A stretch of 64,000 bases of DNA. Origin: Candidatus Bathyarchaeota archaeon (GTDB taxonomy: Archaea; Thermoproteota; Bathyarchaeia; Bathyarchaeales; Bathycorpusculaceae). The notes below the pieces were generated by a model. The model was not told the DNA's origin. It did no database searches and worked only from the letters and a program-made list of their open reading frames with translations. The translations under genes and the position numbers were made by a program. The DNA lies in assembly GCA_963767735.1 (NCBI GenBank), contig CAVYES010000005.1:128001-192000 (forward strand), written 5' to 3'. Shown here piece after piece: positions 20,063-28,127 of this stretch; positions within the stretch are counted from its first letter, which is position 1; each line of letters opens with the position of its first letter.

Positions 20063-20168
20063 GCATACACCTATTCGCCCACACTAAAGAGGCAATATGG
20101 CTACGCATCCAGGCTTCCTCAATCAGTCTGACGTCCACCAAAGGGGACAGTGTGAAAAACGAGGAAAG
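20063..20168 (-). ncRNA. Predicted bridge RNA/seekRNA
   Basis: Two stem/internal-loop/stem domains whose loop strands match the reconstructed target and the circle junction (see findings). RNA ends are approximate. Confidence 0.72.
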
Positions 20169-20169
20169 T

Positions 20170-21159
20170 TTAGGCCTGATCGTAATACGGGCGCTTATTC
20201 TTCAACACCGAATAACAACACAACAACAACTTACGAGCAGCCGCCACCGTAGCAGCTCTCGTACCCCTTCTTTCTGCTATTCCCTGATACGCCCTCGTAA
20301 TGGAAGTATCATACTTATGCACGTGTGTCTGAGCGGCTTCCACCATCACCCAACGCAGCCAACGGCTGCCCTCCTTAGTGATCCCGCCATGCCTAACCAC
20401 CCCGCCGGAAGCATAAGTAGACGGCACAAGACCAGCATAACCACAAAGCCTCTCCCCAAACGGAAAACGGTTAACATCGCCAATCTCACTTTTCACTAGC
20501 AACGCAGAATAATAACCAATTCCCGGAACAGTCATCAAAAGCTTTACATCCTCATCTTCCCTAGCCAAACCCTCAAGCTGCCTAGAAAGCACTTTTATTT
20601 CCTCATCAAAAATCTCCATGATCCTAAGATAAGAATCAACAGACTCAAACTTCAAAGAACCCAACCACTCAACCCCCTTCCTAGAGAATAAACCATGTTC
20701 CGAAGGCCACTTAATTCCCTCATACGTCAGAAAACTCTTAATCTTCACACGAAGTTTGACACGTTCTCGGACCAAGAAAGCCCTTCGCCTCACTTTCTCT
20801 CGCAAATCCGACGTTTCTTTGCTTGGCATGTAAGCAAGCGGCAACGCATCCAACCTCGCTAATTCCGCAATAACTTTTGAATCAACCCGGTCGCTTTTAA
20901 TCCTAGCCTCCGCAATGTAACGCGTCTTCTTAGGATGAGAAACCACAACATCAAATCCTTCGATTACCAGCTGTCTATAAAGCGACGCTACCGAGGTGGA
21001 AGCCTCCATCGCCACCTTATCAACCTTAAAATGCGAAAGGTATGATAGCACTTTCTCATTGATCATTCTCGTTTGATTGATTATTTTTCCTTCAGTATTC
21101 AAAATAGTCGCATAAGTACTATCCTTATGCACGTCCAACCCGCAAACAACGGCGCTCAT
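20170..21159 (-). CDS. IS110-family DEDD recombinase/transposase
   Basis: GLDVHK, AMEAS, KSDRVD (DEDD); GLVPSTYASGG catalytic Ser; AAARKL. Probable start MSAVVCG at 21159. Confidence 0.95.
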   Translation of the reverse strand: MSAVVCGLDVHKDSTYATILNTEGKIINQTRMINEKVLSYLSHFKVDKVAMEASTSVASLYRQLVIEGFDVVVSHPKKTRYIAEARIKSDRVDSKVIAELARLDALPLAYMPSKETSDLREKVRRRAFLVRERVKLRVKIKSFLTYEGIKWPSEHGLFSRKGVEWLGSLKFESVDSYLRIMEIFDEEIKVLSRQLEGLAREDEDVKLLMTVPGIGYYSALLVKSEIGDVNRFPFGERLCGYAGLVPSTYASGGVVRHGGITKEGSRWLRWVMVEAAQTHVHKYDTSITRAYQGIAERRGTRAATVAAARKLLLCCYSVLKNKRPYYDQA

Positions 21160-21219
21160 AGTATGGCGTGAGCGCCGCCCGCCCTTAACACTTCCCATAC
21201 CATCAGTCTGTGTTGGGAG

Positions 21220-21294
21220 TGGGCCGAGCCGGACTTGAACCGGCGACCTTTGGCTCGTAAAGCCAACGTCCTAACCAAGCTAGACGACCGGCCC
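21220..21294 (-). tRNA. tRNA-Val(TAC), CCA not encoded
   Basis: GGGCCGG...TTGGC-TTTACGA-GCCAA...GGTTCAAGTCC...TCGGCCCA cloverleaf. Confidence 0.95.
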
Positions 21295-21510
21295 GCACAT
21301 TTTGGTACTCTGAAGCTTGGTTTAAGCTGTTTTGATTAAGCAATTGCGATTGGTTAATATTAGAATTTTGCTTTGAGATTTTTCTGTTCTCAGTGAACCG
21401 AAGGATTTATGGTGGTTTGTTTAAGGGTGGAGGGGGTTGGTTGGTTCGTTTGTATTTACTACTGATCTGAAGCGTTGTAATTGATTTGATTCAGCGGCTT
21501 TATCGAGGAT

Positions 21511-21638
21511 ACTCGACTTTTTTTGACTATTTTTGACTTATGCTGACTTTTTTTGACTAATTTTGACTCAACCTGCAAACGTTTTAAGCCCTGAAACAAA
21601 AAACCAACCCAAAATAAACTGATCAAAAATGGCAGCAA
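21511..21638 (+). repeat. 6x10-bp tandem array plus 70-bp core repeated (inverted) at 27495-27564
   Basis: GACT every 10 bp six times (21511-21570), then CAACCTGCAAAC...AAGCCC...AAAAAACCAACCCAAAATAAACTGATCAAAAATGGCAGCAA. Confidence 0.8.
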
Positions 21639-21799
21639 AACTGCTTGTAACAACAAAACAACAAAATTAAAACAACACCGTCGATAGAGCACAAAAACTT
21701 AAACCGCAACTAACATTAACTAAAAACCGCCTGCTAAATACAACCTTAGAACTTAATTTATATACTAAGTTGAACTAATTTTTTGTAGGTGAATACGTT

Positions 21800-22261
21800 T
21801 TGGTTTCTGAAAAGCTTTTAGAGTTTCTAAACAAAGGTATAGCCCGCGAACTTCAAGTCAGCATACAATACATGTGGCAGCACGTCCAAGTTACGGGTAT
21901 TGACGGCGCCGTCGTGGAAGACGTTTTCCGCAAGACAGCTATTGCCGAAATGAAACATGCCGAACGCCTCGCAGAACGCCTAGACTACCTAAACGGCGTA
22001 CCCACAACTAAACCTAACCCGATTTTCGTCAGAGGAAGCCTCATCGAAATGCTCACCCAAGACGAGCGAGACGAAGAAGACGCCATCAACCTCTACAAAC
22101 AAGCCATTCAGGCAGCCGCCGAAGAAGGCGATTATACCACGCGGCGAATGCTTGAAGAAATTCTTGCGGAAGAAGAAAACCACATCAACACTTTCGGCAA
22201 ACTCCTCGCGCGCATGACTGAGCCATTCACACAGCCGGAACCCGAATCTCAAATGGAATAA
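21800..22261 (+). CDS. Bacterioferritin/ferritin-like protein
   Basis: RELQVSIQY, EMKHAERLAER, EEDAINLY, EEENH ferroxidase ligands. Confidence 0.88.
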   Translation: MVSEKLLEFLNKGIARELQVSIQYMWQHVQVTGIDGAVVEDVFRKTAIAEMKHAERLAERLDYLNGVPTTKPNPIFVRGSLIEMLTQDERDEEDAINLYKQAIQAAAEEGDYTTRRMLEEILAEEENHINTFGKLLARMTEPFTQPEPESQME

Positions 22262-22480
22262 CCAAAAGAAAGCGGTTGCTGCTTACAATAGCTTCGTAAG
22301 AATCATTTGTAATTAACACGGCTTACACAACAATTATTTTTGCTTTTTTTTTATAAGTTAAGTTGCTACTATTCAGGGTTTCAACGTTTCGCGGCTTCTG
22401 ATATAAAAAAAGACGCTTTGTGAGCTTATACGCTTTATAGCAGTATGCATATATGAATGTAAGAAGATGAGTTTTATTCT

Positions 22481-24295
22481 ATGGCGCCAGGTTCAGATAA
22501 TCCTATATCTTTAAGATGCCCTGTTTGCGGAATCGAGATAGATACAGAGAATCTGCCGACAAAAATCGAGGGAGCATGCGAAAGTTTCGGCGGGAAAAAA
22601 CACTGTTTCTGCAGTGAAAACTGCCGACGACACTTCCTGGAAGATCCCCGAATTGCCTACTTCTCGATGGAAATAGGCGTATCCAGTAAAATGCCAACCT
22701 ACAGCGGCGGCTTAGGCGTCTTAGCAGGCGACATCGTGAAATCCAGTGCAGACTTGCGGCTCCAGATGGTTGCCATCACGCTTGCAAGCAGAAAAGGTTA
22801 TTTCAGGCAAAAATTAACCGAGCAAGGGGACCAACTTGAGTTAACTGACGAATGGGACCCAGCCAAAACCTTAACCCGCATGCCCAACACTGTCACGGTA
22901 ACCATCGAAGGACGCTCAGTCAAAGTGCAAGCTTGGCTCTATGAGTACCAGAGCATCACTGGCGGCATGGTGCCAATTATGTTTCTAGACACCGACATGG
23001 AAGAAAACATCGCTGAAGACCGAAGGATCACAGATTTCTTGTACGGCGGCGACAAAATCTACAGGCTCAAACAAGAGATCGTTCTGGGCATAGGCGGCAC
23101 CAAACTCCTAAAAACACTGCCCTTCAAAATCAGAAAGTACCACATGAACGAAGGCCACTCAAGCCTGCTAACTCTTGAACTGCTGAAAGAAAACGGCATG
23201 GACGCAGAAAAAGTCCAAAACCTCTGCGTTTTCACAACGCATAGCCCAGTGGAAGCCGCATTCGACCAATTCTCATATGACCTTGTCCAACAAGTGCTAG
23301 GCAAAGAATACTTGCTGGCTGACATGAAGCAATATGCAGGAGAAGAAAACCTGAACATGGCTTTTCTAGCACTAAACTTAAGCAAATACATCAATGGTGT
23401 CTCCCTAGCACACGTCGATTATTCCAGAAAACTTTTTCCGGGACGCTACATCCGAGCCGTCACCAACGGAGTTCACTCCCACACGTGGACAAACCTGTAT
23501 TTTAGACAGCTCTTCGACAAATACATTCCTGGCTGGGCAAACGAGCCCATATTGCTTGCAAAAGCCAGCGAAATCCCCAACGCAGAAGTTTGGGATGCCC
23601 ACATCAAAGCCAAAACGGACCTACTGTCTTTCGTTGAAAAAACTAATGGGGTAAAGTTGGATTCACAAGCCTTGACAATCGGCTTCGCTAGAAGAGCTAC
23701 GGGATATAAACGTGCAACCCTGATTTTCTCCGACCTACACAGGCTAACAGACATCAATCGAAAAGAAAAAATCCAAATGATATTTGCGGGAAAAGCACAC
23801 CCAAACGACACGGACGGCAAGAGACTGATAAGACAAATCCACGACTACGCAAATGCATTGAAAGATCAAATTAGCGTAGTTTACCTGGAAAACTATAACA
23901 TGGACATCGGAGCCAAACTTACCTCAGGCGTTGACGTTTGGCTCAACACACCCTTACCGCCCTTTGAGGCTTCTGGAACCAGCGGCATGAAAGCCGCCCA
24001 CAACGGCGTCATCAACTTCAGTGTCCTAGACGGCTGGTGGATGGAAGGCTGTATCGAAGGTGTAACGGGATGGGCAATAGGTCCTCACCCCAGAGAACTG
24101 TTGATTGAAAGAGAAAGAAGAGAACTGGAACTTCAAGACCTCTACAGCAAACTCGAATACCTAATCCTTCCAACATTCTACAGGCAAAAAGACGCTTGGA
24201 TAACCCTGATGAAAAACTCTATTGCAAAAATAGCATATTACTTCCAGACGCAATGGGTCGTGCGAAGATACATCACGGAAGCCTACCTTATTTAA
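22481..24295 (+). CDS. glgP: Alpha-glucan phosphorylase with N-terminal TRASH/YHS domain
   Basis: YFSMEIG, YSGGLGVLAGD, HMNEGH, FARRATGYKR, EASGTSGMK; N-terminus CPVCG...HCFCSENC. Confidence 0.92.
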   Translation: MAPGSDNPISLRCPVCGIEIDTENLPTKIEGACESFGGKKHCFCSENCRRHFLEDPRIAYFSMEIGVSSKMPTYSGGLGVLAGDIVKSSADLRLQMVAITLASRKGYFRQKLTEQGDQLELTDEWDPAKTLTRMPNTVTVTIEGRSVKVQAWLYEYQSITGGMVPIMFLDTDMEENIAEDRRITDFLYGGDKIYRLKQEIVLGIGGTKLLKTLPFKIRKYHMNEGHSSLLTLELLKENGMDAEKVQNLCVFTTHSPVEAAFDQFSYDLVQQVLGKEYLLADMKQYAGEENLNMAFLALNLSKYINGVSLAHVDYSRKLFPGRYIRAVTNGVHSHTWTNLYFRQLFDKYIPGWANEPILLAKASEIPNAEVWDAHIKAKTDLLSFVEKTNGVKLDSQALTIGFARRATGYKRATLIFSDLHRLTDINRKEKIQMIFAGKAHPNDTDGKRLIRQIHDYANALKDQISVVYLENYNMDIGAKLTSGVDVWLNTPLPPFEASGTSGMKAAHNGVINFSVLDGWWMEGCIEGVTGWAIGPHPRELLIERERRELELQDLYSKLEYLILPTFYRQKDAWITLMKNSIAKIAYYFQTQWVVRRYITEAYLI

Positions 24296-24595
24296 AGCCA
24301 AATACCAGTCAGGTTGCTTGCCTACATTAAAGATTGAGCAAAAAACAAAAATAAATATGAAGGTTTTTCCAAATTCACCCGAACTATAATTTAAAGCCTT
24401 AAACTAGCGCGAATTAATTGATTGAGGCACATCTCGCTTTGTCATAACAAAATCCAGCAAAAAACATATACAGTTTTCTGATTCATATTTTTGTTTCATA
24501 AGCCTTATTTTCGTTGAATGCGCAAAATATTACGAGCAGCTTGAAAAGCTGTCAAAGCTGTGTCAAGGCTACAAAAAAATTGGATGTAGTTTAAA

Positions 24596-24712
24596 ATGGT
24601 CGATAACAAAATTGTTGAAAAATGCAGAATTTGCTCGAAACGCAACACATGTAATTTAGAAGATTGCGATTTGGAGGAATACCCCTCTGCATTCTATCGG
24701 GACTCTGATTAA
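24596..24712 (+). CDS. Putative Cys-rich microprotein (38 aa)
   Basis: MVDNKIVEKCRICSKRNTCNLEDCDLEEYPSAFYRDSD*. Confidence 0.4.
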   Translation: MVDNKIVEKCRICSKRNTCNLEDCDLEEYPSAFYRDSD

Positions 24713-24714
24713 AA

Positions 24715-24855
24715 ATGGATAGAAACATTAAGCGCGGTTGCGGAACATGCGTAGAGTATAACGCAAGCTACAGTATTTGCAGTGATGTTGATGTTGGCGG
24801 CGAAAAAAACCCATTTTTAAGCTATGAGAATTGCCCTAAATGGCATAGCAATTAA
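24715..24855 (+). CDS. Putative Cys-rich microprotein (46 aa)
   Basis: MDRNIKRGCGTCVEYNASYSICSDVDVGGEKNPFLSYENCPKWHSN*, 2 nt after the previous stop. Confidence 0.4.
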   Translation: MDRNIKRGCGTCVEYNASYSICSDVDVGGEKNPFLSYENCPKWHSN

Positions 24856-25196
24856 GCTATAAAGCTGAAACTGTCAGATGGATATGGAAAAAACAAAGTG
24901 AAGCCTTCAGAAAAGGCTTGTTTGTGTCTTTAACTATTTGTATCGACGAGATGGGCTGTGCCGTCTGGACAAAAAACTTTCTCGCCTAAAGAAACCTGGC
25001 TGAAACGACGTTTACACTCAAAAAGTTGTCTTTCACATCCGTCACAATCACGAGATAGCATTTATACACCTCACTATGACACGTGTCATAAGTTGCTTAT
25101 ACGACTTTCCACACCCACAAACCAAACCGCATGCTCTGCGACGCTACAGATTGAATACGACAATTCTATAAGGGACTGTTCCCAAAAAGTATTGGT

Positions 25197-25520
25197 ATGT
25201 CCGTTTGCCCGAAATGTGGCGAGAAATGCGAAGAAGTTACAGTAGATTACGAATATCACGGTATTATCCTCCGTAACGTTAAATCTCTCCGATGCCCCGA
25301 CTGCAAAGAAGAATTGTTCACCCTAGAACAATATGATGCGATACATGACCGACTGCGAAATGTTATTCAACCCCTAAAACTCAAACGGAAAATAAGCACG
25401 GCAGGAAAAAAACCCATCATCTATCTGCCTGAAGACGTAGTTAAAGCGATAAACGCCAAGATAGGTGATGAAATAGACATCTACGTTGACGGCAAAAAAA
25501 TAATTATTGAAAAACATTAA
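25197..25520 (+). CDS. YgiT/MqsA-type Zn finger fused to AbrB-like domain (antitoxin-like)
   Basis: CPKCG...CPDCKEELF; RKISTAGKKPIIYLPEDVVKAINAKIGDEIDI. Confidence 0.8.
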   Translation: MSVCPKCGEKCEEVTVDYEYHGIILRNVKSLRCPDCKEELFTLEQYDAIHDRLRNVIQPLKLKRKISTAGKKPIIYLPEDVVKAINAKIGDEIDIYVDGKKIIIEKH

Positions 25521-25554
25521 TTTTTCAAAATAAGAAGAAAAGAAAGTTGTCGAT

Positions 25555-26901
25555 TTACCGAAGTTTCATTAGAACCATTTCTGCAGCTAGGACCATGGGT
25601 TCCCAGGTTTCGCATAGTGGCGGCGCATATGCGGTGTCTGCTTTGGCTAGTTCGCGTACGGTCATGTTTTTTTGGATGGCGAAGCTGAGGCAGTTTATGC
25701 GTTGGGTAACTTCTTCTCCGCCTATGACTTGGCCGCCTATGATGCGTTGGGATTCTTTCTCGACGACGAGTTTGATTTTGATGGGTTTGGCGCCTGGGAA
25801 GTAATCTGCCTTGGTCTTGCTGCTTATGGCTCCCGTCACGACTTCTATGCGGTTGCGTGCGGCAGCTGCTTCGGTTAATCCTGTGTTGCCTGCTTCAATC
25901 TCAAACAGCCGCGTTACAGCCGAAGCCAAAATGCCCGAGAACAGCGAGTAATCGCCACCAGCGTTTGCTCCAGCAACTTTGCCCTGCCGAACCGCAATAG
26001 TGCCAAGTTGAGCGCACATAGGTCGATGCGTGATGATGTTTGGCGCTTCAGCGCAGTCACCAACAGCATAGACGTCTCTTACGTCCGTTTCCATGCGTGC
26101 GTTAGTCTTAATCGCACGTGTCTCACCCAACGGGATTCCGGCTTCAGCTGCGAGTTTGGTGTTGGCTCGCACGCCAAAAGCGCTGATGAACATGTCGGCC
26201 TCGATTTTTTCTCCGCCAGCCATGACCGCGGTTACTTTGTCTTCTCCTATGAATTCTTCGACGCCTTTGCTGGTCAGGATATGCATCCCCTTTTCCTCCA
26301 AATGGTCCTGAACCAGCTTTGCCATGTCCGCGTCAAGCAACTGAGGCAGAATCTGCGGCAACATCTCTACAATAGTGACTTTCAAGCCTTTCTCCATCAA
26401 GCCAACGCCCACTTCTAAACCGATCAAGCCTGCGCCCATAATAACGGCTGATTTCGCGCCCGCTTTAACTGCCGCCTCGATCTTTTCGCCGTCTTCGATG
26501 CCGCGGAGGCTTAGGATTCCCGGTTTTTCTCTTCCTTTAATAGGCGGCATAAACGAGTCAGCGCCCGTTGCAATTACCAAGCTGTCGTATGGCAGAGCCT
26601 CGGTGGCTCCTGGCTTGTCAACAACGGTAACGGTTTTCTCTTTAGTGTTAATCGAGGTGGCTTTTGTTTCGTTACGCAAATTCAACTTTAGCATTTGGAA
26701 GTATGCTGGTGGATAAACGATTAAATCGTGAAAACTTTGGATTTGCCCGCCGATAACAAAGGGTAAACCGCAGCGGGAGTAACCGGCATTTTTCTCTTGG
26801 GTAATTAAGGTGATTTCAGCTGTTCGGTCTTTTTTGCGTGCGGCTGAGGCTGCTTCAACGCCTGCTGCGTTGGCGCCGATAACAATTATTCGTCTGGGCA
26901 T
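25555..26901 (-). CDS. CoA-disulfide reductase/NADH oxidase family flavoprotein
   Basis: GANAAG, YSRCGLP redox Cys, GAGLIGLE, YAVGDC, YAPP. Confidence 0.9.
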   Translation of the reverse strand: MPRRIIVIGANAAGVEAASAARKKDRTAEITLITQEKNAGYSRCGLPFVIGGQIQSFHDLIVYPPAYFQMLKLNLRNETKATSINTKEKTVTVVDKPGATEALPYDSLVIATGADSFMPPIKGREKPGILSLRGIEDGEKIEAAVKAGAKSAVIMGAGLIGLEVGVGLMEKGLKVTIVEMLPQILPQLLDADMAKLVQDHLEEKGMHILTSKGVEEFIGEDKVTAVMAGGEKIEADMFISAFGVRANTKLAAEAGIPLGETRAIKTNARMETDVRDVYAVGDCAEAPNIITHRPMCAQLGTIAVRQGKVAGANAGGDYSLFSGILASAVTRLFEIEAGNTGLTEAAAARNRIEVVTGAISSKTKADYFPGAKPIKIKLVVEKESQRIIGGQVIGGEEVTQRINCLSFAIQKNMTVRELAKADTAYAPPLCETWEPMVLAAEMVLMKLR

Positions 26902-26916
26902 CTAGCTTCCTTCTGA

Positions 26917-27327
26917 TTATTTGTTTTGAGCCTTATGCCACTCAACAGCTTTGTCGAAGTCCATGATGTTAGCGAGTTCAGCTTGCAAGTTTGAAGGTTT
27001 AACAACGAGTAACCAGCCTTTCACGTATGGATCCTCGTTTAATGTTTCTGGTTTCGATTGGACTTCATCGTTGACTTCCTCGATTGACCCACTTACGGCT
27101 GCAACCAAGTCTGAAACTGCCTTAACAGACTCCAATGTTCCATATGGCTCATCTTGCTTCACTACCGTTCCGATACTGGGCAATTCAGCGTAAACGATTT
27201 CTCTAAGAGACTTCTGCGCATAGTCCGTGATGCCCATGCGAACTTTGTCTCCTTCAATTTTTATCCACTCAAAATCTTTAGAATAATAAAGACCCTCAGG
27301 CACTTCATACGCTCCAACTTTAACCAT
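26917..27327 (-). CDS. gcvH: Glycine cleavage system H protein
   Basis: GITDYAQ, ESVKAVSD lipoyl-Lys, NEDPY..GWL. Start ATG 27327. Confidence 0.92.
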   Translation of the reverse strand: MVKVGAYEVPEGLYYSKDFEWIKIEGDKVRMGITDYAQKSLREIVYAELPSIGTVVKQDEPYGTLESVKAVSDLVAAVSGSIEEVNDEVQSKPETLNEDPYVKGWLLVVKPSNLQAELANIMDFDKAVEWHKAQNK

Positions 27328-27494
27328 GACTTTAACCTTCCAAATACTGATAATATCAAGTTTAGATTTCAAGCTTAAAAAAGCTTTCATAAAGAGAAAA
27401 GGGGGTTTAGTTTGGCTGCTGTTTTTTGTTGGTTTGACGGGTTTTTTGGATTAAAAATTTAAGTTGCGACTTTTGTTTTGGTGTAAGTTGCGAC

Positions 27495-27960
27495 TTGCTG
27501 CCATTTTTGTTCTGTTTGTTTTGGGTTGGTTTTTTAATTTGGGCTTGGTTTTGTTTGCAGGTTGTGTGCTTTTTTGTGCTGATTTGTGTTGAATTGTGCG
27601 GATTTGTGTGGAATTGTGTTGATTATCGAAGAGGTGTTCTGAGTGGTTTAGCGGCTAATTTTGAACAAGCCGTTCTAAGTTGCTTTTTTGGTTAAGAACT
27701 CGATTCGTTTGCTGGTTGAGTAAAGAAAAGTAACAGAAAGTAACTAAAAGTAAGGAAAAGTAAAGGAAAGTAACGAAAGTTTGCTAGTCAGATTTTCTTA
27801 AGGAGTGCGGATTTTCAAGTGTTTAGTTCTTTTCTAATTTTTGATCTTTGTGTTTTGGGTTGTTTTTTTGGAACAAGCTTTAAATCAACGCTAGGCTACG
27901 GTTAAAAACGGTTAGTAATGGTTAAGTATGGTTGAAAACGGTTGATTTTGGTTGGAAAAG
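27495..27960. repeat. 70-bp core (inverted copy) plus three 6x10-bp tandem arrays
   Basis: Core 27495-27564; TGTG array 27561-27620; AAAGTAA array 27721-27780; GGTT array 27901-27960. Confidence 0.8.
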
Positions 27961-28020
27961 GTTTATGCCACTAACACGTTCAGTAAGGTGTCGGTTTTTC
28001 GCGGCGGCTGCGGCGCGATT

Positions 28021-28058
28021 TTATCTTTCCCGTTTGCCCGCTATCCAATCCTCTGTCC
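28021..28058 (-). repeat. Displaced duplicate of the ino1 3' end (att-like direct repeat)
   Basis: 33/38 identical to 30537-30574; both encode TEDWIAGKRER*. Confidence 0.85.
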
Positions 28059-28127
28059 CTTCCAAGCCTGCAGCTCGAAGGTTGAAGACACATGGTTCCA
28101 GCAGCTCCTGCTTGGAAGTTTCTTGAG

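Larger units (their letters stand above)
19980..21205 (-). mobile_element. IS1111-type (IS110 superfamily) insertion sequence, 1226 bp
   Basis: Sub-terminal IRs ATGGGAAGT (21198-21190) and ACTTCACAT (19991-19983) lie 7 and 3 nt inside the ends; TGA at both junctions (21205-21203, 19979-19977); long non-coding region 3' of the transposase. Confidence 0.85.

Noticed and set aside
21160-21198. Transposase start at ATG 21198 from the ORF track
   Set aside because: That ATG is the start of the left IR; the DEDD domain begins at MSAVVCGLD (21159).
21220-21260. Expected att duplicate of the tRNA-Val 3' end for the island to its left
   Set aside because: No copy found by eye; 11414-11431 does not match tRNA-Val and is on the opposite strand.
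21459-28126. ORFs 21459..21692, 27495..27695 and 27932..28126 with similar LPFL..LFWVGFL text; arrays as possible CRISPR
   Set aside because: The peptides are read-throughs of non-coding repeats; the units are contiguous 10-mers with no spacers and no cas genes are present.
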